The translations under genes were made by a program, and so were the position numbers. The notes beneath the pieces were generated by a model, which saw only the letters and a list, made by a program, of their open reading frames with translations, searched no databases and had not been told where the DNA came from. From assembly GCA_049889775.1 (NCBI GenBank), contig JBMHCT010000021.1, forward strand, positions 39,024-103,023: DNA of 64,000 nucleotides. Reading direction: 5' to 3'. Below, piece by piece: positions 18,271 through 27,385 of this stretch. Source of the DNA: Jejuia sp. (GTDB lineage: Bacteria > Bacteroidota > Bacteroidia > Flavobacteriales > Flavobacteriaceae). The first letter of the stretch is position 1; the number at the start of each line of letters is the position of its first letter.

Positions 18271-19617
18271 TTAATTGGAATGCGATCCTAAAACCAGTTC
18301 AGGATGACGCACAAACTCAAACCTCACCAATCCATCTTCATCAATTTTGGTAAGTTCAACTTCACGTAAGGTATTAACCAACTCAGGATTCCAAGGCGCT
18401 TTAACTTTAACGTAGTTTTCAGTGAATCCGTGAATATAGCCTTCTTTGTTTTCACTTTCAAAAAGAACGATTCTTTTAGTACCTAACTGACTTTCGTAGA
18501 ACGCACGTCTCTTCTTTACAGATAAGCCTCGTAACATTTTACTGCGTTTACTTCTCACATTATTTGGCACTACACCATCCATTTCTGCTGCCTCTGTATT
18601 ATCCCTCTCAGAGTAAGTAAATACATGTAAATAAGAAATATCCAGTTCATTCAAGAAATTGTAAGTCTCTAAAAAGTGTTCCTCGGTTTCTCCTGGAAAT
18701 CCAACAATTACATCAACACCAATGCATGCGTGTGGCATCATTTCTTTAATTTTTGAAACACGATCTACATACAATTCTCGCATGTAACGACGCTTCATTT
18801 TTTTGAGAATAGCGTTACTCCCTGATTGTAATGGCACATGAAAATGAGGCACGAAAGCTCTAGACCTCGAGACTAAATCAATAGTTTCATTTTTTAATAA
18901 ATTGGGCTCAATTGACGAAATTCGCAAACGCTCAATACCTTCAACTTTATCCAACTCAGTAACCAAATCTAAAAAGGTATGTTCGTGTTTCTTGTTACCA
19001 AATTCACCTTTACCATAATCGCCAATATTTACACCAGTCAATACAATTTCTTTAATATTCTGTTTTGAAATTTCTCGAGCATTTTTCAAAACATTCTCCA
19101 TAGTATCACTGCGTGAAATACCACGAGCTAAAGGAATTGTGCAATACGTACATTTATAATCACAACCATCTTGAACTTTCAAAAAGGCCCGTGTTCTATC
19201 ACCTATTGAGTAAGAACCCACATAAAAATCGGCATCTTCTATTTCGCAGGAGTACACTTCACCAAAATCGTTTTTTGTAAGATCGTTTAAGTAGTCGGTT
19301 ATTTTAAACTTTTCAGTAGCACCTAGCACTAAATCAACCCCATTAACATCGGCCAACTCTTGTGGCTTTAATTGTGCGTAACACCCAACAGCAGCAACAA
19401 ATGCTTCAGGATTTGTTTTTTGCGCTTGTTTTACAATGGTTTTAAAACGTTTGTCCGCATTTTCAGTTACCGAACAGGTGTTAATCACATATATATCCGC
19501 ACTTTCAGAAAAATCTACACGATCAAAACCTTCATTAACAAAACTTCGAGCAATAGTGGAAGTTTCCGAAAAATTCAGTTTGCAACCTAAAGTGAAAAAT
19601 GCGACTTTTTTGTTCAT
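18271..19617 (-). CDS. mtaB: tRNA methylthiotransferase MtaB
   Basis: UPF0004 N-terminus (FFTLGCKLNFSET, INTCSVT), radical-SAM CDYKCTYC, TRAM-like C-terminus. Confidence 0.93.
   Translation of the reverse strand: MNKKVAFFTLGCKLNFSETSTIARSFVNEGFDRVDFSESADIYVINTCSVTENADKRFKTIVKQAQKTNPEAFVAAVGCYAQLKPQELADVNGVDLVLGATEKFKITDYLNDLTKNDFGEVYSCEIEDADFYVGSYSIGDRTRAFLKVQDGCDYKCTYCTIPLARGISRSDTMENVLKNAREISKQNIKEIVLTGVNIGDYGKGEFGNKKHEHTFLDLVTELDKVEGIERLRISSIEPNLLKNETIDLVSRSRAFVPHFHVPLQSGSNAILKKMKRRYMRELYVDRVSKIKEMMPHACIGVDVIVGFPGETEEHFLETYNFLNELDISYLHVFTYSERDNTEAAEMDGVVPNNVRSKRSKMLRGLSVKKRRAFYESQLGTKRIVLFESENKEGYIHGFTENYVKVKAPWNPELVNTLREVELTKIDEDGLVRFEFVRHPELVLGSHSN
18284..18308 (-). repeat. REP-like hairpin, family B (GTCATCCTGAACTGGTTTTAGGATC), translated as the mtaB C-terminus
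   Basis: Matches copies at 19628, 34171, 40763 and 40809; encodes RHPELVLGS. Confidence 0.8.
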
Positions 19618-19627
19618 TCCTTATATT

Positions 19628-19653
19628 GTCATTCTGAACTTGTTTCAGAATCT
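19628..19653 (+). repeat. REP-like hairpin, family B (GTCATTCTGAACTTGTTTCAGAATCT)
   Basis: Lies 10 bp upstream of the mtaB start; same family as 40763-40787. Confidence 0.8.
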
Positions 19654-19751
19654 TTTAAAACTTACTTTTACCTTTTAACTTTTGAAACTCTTCGACTGTT
19701 CTTAGAGTGATAACCCAATAAAAGACTGCAAAGCTACAACTAAATATCAAA

Positions 19752-21380
19752 ATGATAAAGCGCATTTCGCAACATTTAATTCACTATTTTTCAATTAGTT
19801 GTCTTACATTTTTGATTTTTTCCTGCGGCAGCGATAAAAATAAAAAAAGAGATCATTTAGTATTCCGATATAACGAACACGCCAATATTAATACTCTAGA
19901 CCCAGCATTTTCAAGAACTTTACAAGATGTTTCAGTTACCAATCAATTATTTAATGGTTTGGTTCAGCTAGATGATCAACTAAATATTTTACCCTGTATT
20001 GCTAAAGATTGGCGTATTTCAGAAGATGGCAAAATATATACGTTTCACCTGCGCAATGACATCTATTTCCATAAACACCATCTTTTCGGAAAAGATTCTA
20101 CCAGATCTGTTGTTGCCAATGATTTTACCTATAGTTTAAATCGTTTACGGGATGAAAAACTGGCAGCTCCAGGTGGCTGGGTTTTAAACAAGGTAGATGA
20201 TTTTAGGGCAACTAACGATACTATTTTTGAAATTTCGTTAAAACAACCTTTCCCTGCCTTTATTGGACTGTTAACCATGAAGTATTGTTCGGTAGTTCCT
20301 AAGGAAATAGTAAAACATTACGGTTCTGAATTTCGTTCAAACCCTATTGGTACTGGCCCATTTAAATTTAAACGTTGGGAAGAAAATGTAAAATTGGTAT
20401 TTAGAAAGAATGAAAACTATTTTGAGACTGATGAAAACGGGCAGCAACTTCCCTATTTGGAAGCCATAGCATTAACCTTTTTACCTGATAAACAAAGTGA
20501 ATTTTTACAATTTGCCCAAGGAAATATTGATTATCTGCAAAGTTTAGACGCCTCCTATAAGGACGAATTGCTCACTGCGGATGGAAAGTTAAGAGAAAAA
20601 TACACGGAGAACGTAAACATAACAACAGGCCCGTATTTAAACTCTGAATACTTAGGGTTTTATTTGGATTCCCAAACACCTGAAATCCAATCGAAATTGA
20701 TTAGGCAAGCCATAAATTATGGATTTGATAGACAAAAGATGATGGTGTATTTAAGGAATGGCATTGGTAGTCCCGCCAACGGAGGTTTTATTCCTATTGG
20801 TTTGCCCGGGCACAGTAAAACTATTGGGTATGACTATCAACCAGAAAAAGCCAAACAACTTATTGAGCAATTTAAAACCGAAAGTGGTATTGAAAACCCA
20901 GAAATTACTTTGGTAACATCCAGCAATTATTTAAGTTTTTGTGAATTTATTCAACGTGAGCTGGAAAAAGCAGGACTAACTATTAATGTTGATGTGATGC
21001 CGGAAGCTACCCTACGTGCTTCGCGATCTCATGGAAAAGTAGATATGTTTAGAAGTTCTTGGGTAGCAGATTATATGGATGCTGAAAATTACTTATCGAT
21101 TTTTTACAGTAAAAATTTTGCACCCGATGGCTCTAATTATTTTCATTTTAAAAATAAAACAGTAGACAGTTTGTATAATAAGGCCTTTACAATTTTCAAT
21201 ATTGAGAAACGAAAGCATCTATACACTACCATAGATTCTTTAGCCATGGAAAATGCTATAATGGTACCTCTGTTTTATGATGAAGTAGTGCGTTTTACTA
21301 GAAAAAATGTTGAAGGTTTAGGGATTAACCCTATTAATATTTTGGACCTCAGGCGTGTAAAAAAGTCTATTTTGGACTAA
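19752..21380 (+). CDS. Family-5 (OppA/DppA-like) ABC substrate-binding lipoprotein
   Basis: Lipobox IFSC, TLDPAF, LFNGLVQLD, NPIGTGPFKF. Confidence 0.88.
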   Translation: MIKRISQHLIHYFSISCLTFLIFSCGSDKNKKRDHLVFRYNEHANINTLDPAFSRTLQDVSVTNQLFNGLVQLDDQLNILPCIAKDWRISEDGKIYTFHLRNDIYFHKHHLFGKDSTRSVVANDFTYSLNRLRDEKLAAPGGWVLNKVDDFRATNDTIFEISLKQPFPAFIGLLTMKYCSVVPKEIVKHYGSEFRSNPIGTGPFKFKRWEENVKLVFRKNENYFETDENGQQLPYLEAIALTFLPDKQSEFLQFAQGNIDYLQSLDASYKDELLTADGKLREKYTENVNITTGPYLNSEYLGFYLDSQTPEIQSKLIRQAINYGFDRQKMMVYLRNGIGSPANGGFIPIGLPGHSKTIGYDYQPEKAKQLIEQFKTESGIENPEITLVTSSNYLSFCEFIQRELEKAGLTINVDVMPEATLRASRSHGKVDMFRSSWVADYMDAENYLSIFYSKNFAPDGSNYFHFKNKTVDSLYNKAFTIFNIEKRKHLYTTIDSLAMENAIMVPLFYDEVVRFTRKNVEGLGINPINILDLRRVKKSILD

Positions 21381-22278
21381 AATAATAAATATCATCATCT
21401 CCCTTTCCACCACTGCGTTTTGACACTAATAATCCAGATTTCTCATCTGAAAATAATACATATGAAAAATCATCCAGAACACTATTTATAGGTCTAGGGA
21501 GCTTTTCAGCTTTTAAAAAAGCACCAGTGGAATCTATTTCACTTTTATAAATATCATAACCTCCAAAACCGTTTCTTCTATCAGAAGAAAAGTAAAGCGC
21601 ATCATCAGTTATTATCGGAAACATCTCGCGACTGTATGAGTTCACCTTATACCCCAAATTAACAGGATCGCTAAATGTATTGTCTCCAAGAACATCTACT
21701 TTAAAAATGTCTGAACCACCTTTTGTAGACTGCCTACCTCCTTTAATATTCGCCGTAAAATAAAGAGTTTTGCCATCAATACTCAATGCTGGATGTCCGT
21801 AAGAAAATTTAGGTTGGCAAAAGGATAACACCTTAAAGTTTGTAAAGCCAACACCGTTTTTAAATTCACCAACTTCTAAATGAAAATTAGCTTTATTAAA
21901 CTTTCCTTTCGGCATAGTTTTACTGCTGTAGGTGGTCATAATATATATCTTATTGCCATCAGCACTTATTGCAGCACTTGTTATGGAACCTAAACCAGCT
22001 AAGGGATCAATCTTTATCTCTTCAACACCATATATTTGTCCTTGATTGTCCATTTTTCCTTTATAGATTGAAAGCACCCCTTCGCCACTAAAAGCTACTT
22101 TTACCTTGCCGTTCTTTTTAAGTTTATAAGATGTGAAAATGACTTGATTGCCTGAAACTGGCATCACACCAAAATGAGGATATTCAGTATTGATATCGAG
22201 GTTTTTTATATCAATATCAAATTCTTGAGCAAGACCAACAAAACTGAGAAGCAGAAAGGTTAATAGCTGTAGTTTCAA
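21367..22278 (-). CDS. PD40/TolB-like beta-propeller protein
   Basis: GHPALSIDGKTLYF, GGSDIF, LYFSSDRRNGFGGYDIY repeats; signal peptide. Confidence 0.75.
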   Translation of the reverse strand: MKLQLLTFLLLSFVGLAQEFDIDIKNLDINTEYPHFGVMPVSGNQVIFTSYKLKKNGKVKVAFSGEGVLSIYKGKMDNQGQIYGVEEIKIDPLAGLGSITSAAISADGNKIYIMTTYSSKTMPKGKFNKANFHLEVGEFKNGVGFTNFKVLSFCQPKFSYGHPALSIDGKTLYFTANIKGGRQSTKGGSDIFKVDVLGDNTFSDPVNLGYKVNSYSREMFPIITDDALYFSSDRRNGFGGYDIYKSEIDSTGAFLKAEKLPRPINSVLDDFSYVLFSDEKSGLLVSKRSGGKGDDDIYYFSPK

Positions 22279-22337
22279 AATTCTAATACTTGAATTTCAA
22301 ATATACAAATCTTTAAAAATTAGAGAGTTAAGAATCG

Positions 22338-23513
22338 TTATTCTCTTCGATATTTTTTTGTTTCCTCAAAAACATACTCTAAAATTGCTTTATCTTCATC
22401 TGAAAAATCAATATTTCTTCTTTTCATTACGATTTCCACAACTTCAAAAGCTTTTTTGGTTAAATATGCTTTAAAACCACTGTTACCTCCCCAACTAAAA
22501 CTGGGTACAAAATTTCTTGGAAAACCACTACCAAAAATATTTGCACTTACACCAACTACGGTTCCCGTATTAAACATGGTATTTATCCCACATTTACTGT
22601 GATCTCCCATCATTAATCCACAAAACTGCAAGCCTGTTTTTGCAAAACCTTCGGTTTGGTAATCCCACAGGCGTACTTCGGCATAATTATTTTTAAGATT
22701 GGAGTTATTGGTGTCAGCTCCAAGGTTACACCATTCGCCTAACACAGAATTTCCTAAAAATCCATCATGCCCCTTATTGGAATATCCAAAAATCACTGAA
22801 TTATTGACTTCACCACCAACTTTGGAATGCGGGCCAATGGTTGTGGGCCCATAAATTTTTGCACTCAATTTTACAGTTGCACCATCGCACAATGCAAAAG
22901 GACCGCGAATGACAGCGCCTTCCATTATTTCGGCATCCTTACCAATGTAAATAGGGCCTTTACTGGCGTTAAGTGTTGTAAATTCGAGGCTTGCGCCTTC
23001 TTCTAAAAAGATATTTTCAGGAGCAATTACATTATTACTTGAAGGAATAGGTTGCGATTTTCTATCCTTTGTTATCAATTGAAAATCTTCAATTAGCGCC
23101 ACTCCATTTTTTGAAAAAATATCCCAAGTATTTTCAATTTTTAAAACCTCTGCCGAAAATTCAATACCATCAAAAGATTCAAAATCTATATGTTCCTCCC
23201 CTTCTTGTGCATAAAAAGCTATGACGTCTTCATCCTTAAAAATAGCTTGATTATGCCCTAAACTCTTAATAGTTTCTACCAACTGTAAATTAGGCAAATA
23301 CGAAGCATTAATCATTATATTTTTTGGCAGTTCTACCATTGGGTATTTTTCAGAAAGGTAGTCTTCTGTAATTGTAGTGGTAGTCGTCTTTAAATAACTT
23401 TCCCATTTTTCCCTTATAGTTAAAATACCTATACGAATATCGGCTACAGGTCTTGTGTAGGTAAAAGGCAGTAAATTATTGCGCGAAGGCCCGTCAAAGA
23501 GAATATAATTCAT
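22338..23513 (-). CDS. GlmU-like putative sugar nucleotidyltransferase with left-handed beta-helix
   Basis: LLPFTYTRPVADIRIGILTIREKW; hexapeptide repeats; HDGFLGNSVLGEWCNLGA. Confidence 0.85.
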   Translation of the reverse strand: MNYILFDGPSRNNLLPFTYTRPVADIRIGILTIREKWESYLKTTTTTITEDYLSEKYPMVELPKNIMINASYLPNLQLVETIKSLGHNQAIFKDEDVIAFYAQEGEEHIDFESFDGIEFSAEVLKIENTWDIFSKNGVALIEDFQLITKDRKSQPIPSSNNVIAPENIFLEEGASLEFTTLNASKGPIYIGKDAEIMEGAVIRGPFALCDGATVKLSAKIYGPTTIGPHSKVGGEVNNSVIFGYSNKGHDGFLGNSVLGEWCNLGADTNNSNLKNNYAEVRLWDYQTEGFAKTGLQFCGLMMGDHSKCGINTMFNTGTVVGVSANIFGSGFPRNFVPSFSWGGNSGFKAYLTKKAFEVVEIVMKRRNIDFSDEDKAILEYVFEETKKYRRE

Positions 23514-23605
23514 AATTAAGTTCTAAGTTTAAAGTTCTAAGTTTAAAGTTGCTCACTCAAAACCTAAAATTATAAGCAGCATTATCATTCCAATGGAGTA
23601 AAAAT

Positions 23606-23636
23606 AAAAAAGCCTCTCTACAGTAGAAAGGCTTTT
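23606..23636 (-). terminator. Terminator downstream of rpmE2
   Basis: AAAAAAGCCTCTCTAC-AGTAGAAAGGCTTTT hairpin. Confidence 0.7.
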
Positions 23637-23655
23637 CAAAAATATTTGAGTTAGT

Positions 23656-23907
23656 TTACTTTTTAAACTTTGCGTATTTATTTTTGAATTTATCAATACG
23701 ACCAGCAGTATCTACCAATTTAGACTTACCAGTATAGTATGGGTGCGATGTTCTTGAAATTTCCATTTTTACAAGTGGGTATTCAACACCGTCAACTTCT
23801 AACGTTTCATTTGTCGCCGCAGTAGATTTTGTCAAAAACACATCATCATTAGACATATCTTTAAACGCTACTAATCTATAATTTTCTGGATGTATACCTT
23901 TTTTCAT
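23656..23907 (-). CDS. rpmE2: 50S ribosomal protein L31 type B
   Basis: MKKGIHPENYRLVAFKD..SHPYYTGK; no CxxC motif. TAAATTTG -7 element at 23943-23950 (-). Confidence 0.96.
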   Translation of the reverse strand: MKKGIHPENYRLVAFKDMSNDDVFLTKSTAATNETLEVDGVEYPLVKMEISRTSHPYYTGKSKLVDTAGRIDKFKNKYAKFKK

Positions 23908-24064
23908 CGCCTTACGCTTTAAATCTTAATTTTTTAGAGGTGCAAATTTAAGTAATTTTTGGTAATCTACAATTAGTTTTTAATATTTTTTAATTTAGTT
24001 TGCAAATGTAACGTTTTGTTATATTTGTTAACTAATAGGCCATATAACCAAAAATTCAAAAAAT

Positions 24065-24577
24065 ATGGAAACCAATCAACAAACACCAGGCAAATTTTCT
24101 GTTAATTATGGGCTTATTTTAGGCATTATTATGATCGTTATTAGTGTAGTAATGTATGCTACAGGTATGATGCTTGAAGGAAAGCAATGGCCTATGTTTA
24201 TTTACTACATTATTTTCCCTGTATTTGTAATATACACTATTAACAAGTACAAAAAACATAATGCGAATACACTTAAACTTGGTGAGGCTTTAAAAGTCGG
24301 TGTCTCGGTAGCTGTAGTAAGTGCCGTTGTTTATGGATTGTATAATATCTTATTTAATTACTTAATAGATCCGGAATTTATCGATAAGATGATGGATGTA
24401 ACTCGAGAAAAGTTATACGAGAATGAAAAAATGACAGAAGAAATGATTGATAAGAGTATGGAAATGGCTAGAAAATTTTCTCACCCACTTATTGGTAGTG
24501 CAATGTGGATTGGATTAAGTGCATTATTTGGGCTTATTTACTCACTTATCGGTGGATTAGTAATGAAAAATGAATAA
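24065..24577 (+). CDS. DUF4199-like membrane protein
   Basis: Four TM helices; YLIDPEFIDKM motif; TATATTTG at 24020-24027. Confidence 0.7.
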   Translation: METNQQTPGKFSVNYGLILGIIMIVISVVMYATGMMLEGKQWPMFIYYIIFPVFVIYTINKYKKHNANTLKLGEALKVGVSVAVVSAVVYGLYNILFNYLIDPEFIDKMMDVTREKLYENEKMTEEMIDKSMEMARKFSHPLIGSAMWIGLSALFGLIYSLIGGLVMKNE

Positions 24578-24583
24578 CTATCA

Positions 24584-25528
24584 ATGAACATATCTGTAGT
24601 TATCCCACTACTTAACGAAGAAGAATCTTTAATAGAATTACATGATTGGATTGCAAAAGTTATGCAGTCCAATCATTTTTCTTATGAAATCATTTTTATT
24701 GATGATGGCAGTACAGATAACTCTTGGAATGTGATTAAAGCCATATCGAAAGAAAATAATAACGTAAAAGGCATACAGTTTTTAAGAAATTTTGGAAAAT
24801 CTCAGGCACTTCATGCTGGTTTTGAAAAAGCACAAGGTGATATTGTAATTACAATGGATGCCGATTTGCAAGACAACCCAGATGAAATTCCTGAACTCTT
24901 CAGCATGATAACCACAGAAGGCTATGATTTGGTTTCTGGCTGGAAAAAAAAGCGGTATGATTCCGTAATTACAAAAAATATACCTTCAAAACTCTTTAAT
25001 TGGGCAGCAAAAAAAACATCAGGTGTAAAGCTTCATGATTTTAATTGCGGACTAAAATCTTACCGTAAAGCAGTTATAAAAAATATTGATGTTAATGGCG
25101 AAATGCATCGGTACATTCCGGTTCTGGCTAAAAACGCAGGTTTTAGTAATATTGGAGAAAAAGTTGTGAAACACCAAGCTAGAAAATACGGTGAAACCAA
25201 ATTTGGGATAGACCGATTTATTAATGGTTTTTTAGATTTGATAACAATATGGTTTCTTTCACGCTTTGGCAGGAGACCCATGCATCTGTTCGGCGCTTTA
25301 GGCGTTTTAATGTTCATCATTGGTTTTGGTTTTGCTTTTTATTTAGGTGTTGATAAACTCTTTATAAATCCGACTGGAAGATTAATTACTGAGCGACCAC
25401 AATTTTTTATCGCTCTTGCTACCATGATTATTGGTACACAGTTTTTTGTTGCCGGATTTTTGGGTGAGATTATTCTAAGAAATCGGCCTGATAAAAAACG
25501 ATATTTGGTAAAAGACACTATTGCCTAA
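24584..25528 (+). CDS. GT2 glycosyltransferase (ArnC/DPM-like)
   Basis: ISVVIPLLNEEES, IDDGSTD, TMDADLQDNP, two C-terminal TM helices. Confidence 0.92.
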   Translation: MNISVVIPLLNEEESLIELHDWIAKVMQSNHFSYEIIFIDDGSTDNSWNVIKAISKENNNVKGIQFLRNFGKSQALHAGFEKAQGDIVITMDADLQDNPDEIPELFSMITTEGYDLVSGWKKKRYDSVITKNIPSKLFNWAAKKTSGVKLHDFNCGLKSYRKAVIKNIDVNGEMHRYIPVLAKNAGFSNIGEKVVKHQARKYGETKFGIDRFINGFLDLITIWFLSRFGRRPMHLFGALGVLMFIIGFGFAFYLGVDKLFINPTGRLITERPQFFIALATMIIGTQFFVAGFLGEIILRNRPDKKRYLVKDTIA

Positions 25529-25654
25529 ACTCTTTGTATAGTAATTCGTTGACTTCAGCTAAAAAGTTTGCGCTATAATTTAATTTTAAAATAATTTGCA
25601 CCAGCAATAAAACAACGGCGAAATCCTTACTTTTGTCGTATTAAATTCAATAAA

Positions 25655-27385
25655 ATGATACATATAGATCCTGCGATTTTAGAACGTATTAACGCTTGGT
25701 TAACTCCTACTTTTGATGCCGAAACACAACAAACCATAAAAGATAGTATTGCAAACAATCCAGAAGATATTCAGGAAAGTTTTTATAAAGATTTAGAGTT
25801 TGGCACTGGTGGCATGCGTGGGGTTATGGGTGTTGGCACCAACAGAATTAATAAATATACACTTGGCAAAAGTACGCAAGGGCTTTCTCAATATTTAAAA
25901 GATCAATTTCCTAATGAAACGCCAAAGGCTGTTATTGCTTACGATTGTAGATATAACAGTAAAACATTGGCCAAAGTTGTTGCAGATGTCTTTTCTGCAA
26001 ACGGCATTCAAGTGTATCTATTTGAAGATTTAAGACCTACACCAGAATTATCTTTTGCTGTTAGACACCTAAACTGTAATTGTGGTATTGTGTTAACAGC
26101 TTCTCACAACCCACCTGAGTATAATGGATATAAGGTATACTGGCAGGATGGCGGACAATTAGTGCCTCCGCATGACGCTGCTTTGATAAATGTGATTAAT
26201 AATGTAGCATACACCGATATAAAATTTGAAGCAAATGAGGAATTGATTACTTCTATTGCCAAAGATGTGGATGATGTATTTATTGATGCTTCGGTTGAAA
26301 ATGGCTCTGTTGGAGCAACCCAAGAAGCCAAAGATGATTTAAAAATTGTATTTACATCGCTTCATGGCACTTCAATTACTGCAGTACCTGAAACGTTAAA
26401 ACGTGCTGGTTATAAAAATGTTCATATCGTTGAAGAACAACGGGAACCAGATGGTGGATTTCCAACTGTAAAATCACCCAATCCTGAAGAACCTGCGGCT
26501 TTAAAAATGGCTCTTGAATTGGCTGATGAAGTTGGTGCTGACATTGTTATTGGTACAGATCCTGATTGTGATAGATTAGGTGTTGCTGTAAGAAATACAA
26601 GTGGTGAACTTCAATTGCTTAATGGAAATCAAACCATGGTGATGATGGTTGATTTTCTTTTGAAAAAATGGAAATCTGAAGATAAAATAAAAGGAAAAGA
26701 ATTTATCGCCACAACTATTGTATCTACACCAATGCTTAACAAACTTGCAGAAGCTTATAACGTGGATAACAAAATAGTGTTAACTGGCTTTAAATGGATT
26801 GCAAAACTTATCAAAGACTTCCCTGAGTTAGATTTTATTGGTGGTGGTGAAGAGAGTTTCGGTTTTATGGTAGGCGATTTTGTTCGTGATAAAGATGCTG
26901 TAACTTCCACCCTTTTAGCATGTGAAATTGCAGCAATTACCAAAGCGAATGGCAGTTCTTTCTTTGAAGAATTAATAAAATTGTATTTAGAACACGGATG
27001 CTACAAAGAAAAGTTAGTATCCCTTACTAAAAAAGGTATTGAAGGTGCACAAGAAATTAAGCAAATGATGATTGATGCGCGCCAAAATCCACTAACCGTA
27101 GTTAATGGCAGTAAAGTAGTTAAAATTGAAGATTACGAATCGGCTACATCTAAGAATTTAATTACTGGAGAGGAAACCGCTTTAGATATTCCAAAATCCA
27201 ACGTCATCATCTATTATACCGAAGATGGGAGTCAAGTAGCATTAAGACCGAGTGGTACAGAGCCTAAGATTAAATTTTATGTTAGTGTAAATGCTAGATT
27301 AGATGATGCTTCAAATTTTGGAACTTTAGAAGCGGAGTTAGATTCTAAAACAGAAACGATCTTGAAGGCCATGAACCTTATCTAA
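25655..27385 (+). CDS. Phospho-sugar mutase (phosphoglucomutase/phosphomannomutase)
   Basis: TASHNP phosphoserine loop, DPDCDR metal loop, GEES, RPSGTEPKIK. Confidence 0.95.
   Translation: MIHIDPAILERINAWLTPTFDAETQQTIKDSIANNPEDIQESFYKDLEFGTGGMRGVMGVGTNRINKYTLGKSTQGLSQYLKDQFPNETPKAVIAYDCRYNSKTLAKVVADVFSANGIQVYLFEDLRPTPELSFAVRHLNCNCGIVLTASHNPPEYNGYKVYWQDGGQLVPPHDAALINVINNVAYTDIKFEANEELITSIAKDVDDVFIDASVENGSVGATQEAKDDLKIVFTSLHGTSITAVPETLKRAGYKNVHIVEEQREPDGGFPTVKSPNPEEPAALKMALELADEVGADIVIGTDPDCDRLGVAVRNTSGELQLLNGNQTMVMMVDFLLKKWKSEDKIKGKEFIATTIVSTPMLNKLAEAYNVDNKIVLTGFKWIAKLIKDFPELDFIGGGEESFGFMVGDFVRDKDAVTSTLLACEIAAITKANGSSFFEELIKLYLEHGCYKEKLVSLTKKGIEGAQEIKQMMIDARQNPLTVVNGSKVVKIEDYESATSKNLITGEETALDIPKSNVIIYYTEDGSQVALRPSGTEPKIKFYVSVNARLDDASNFGTLEAELDSKTETILKAMNLI

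Noticed and set aside
19752-21380. Orphan OppA-like binding protein without permeases
   Set aside because: Stand-alone family-5 binding proteins are common in Bacteroidota, and partners may lie elsewhere.
23518-23550. Short tandem repeat AAGTTCTAAGTTTA x2
   Set aside because: A low-copy intergenic heptamer-type repeat with no evidence of phase-variation context.
23656-23907. Zinc-free L31 as a zinc-starvation paralogue
   Set aside because: Type B L31 is the usual form in this phylum, and no Zur-like site was recognised.
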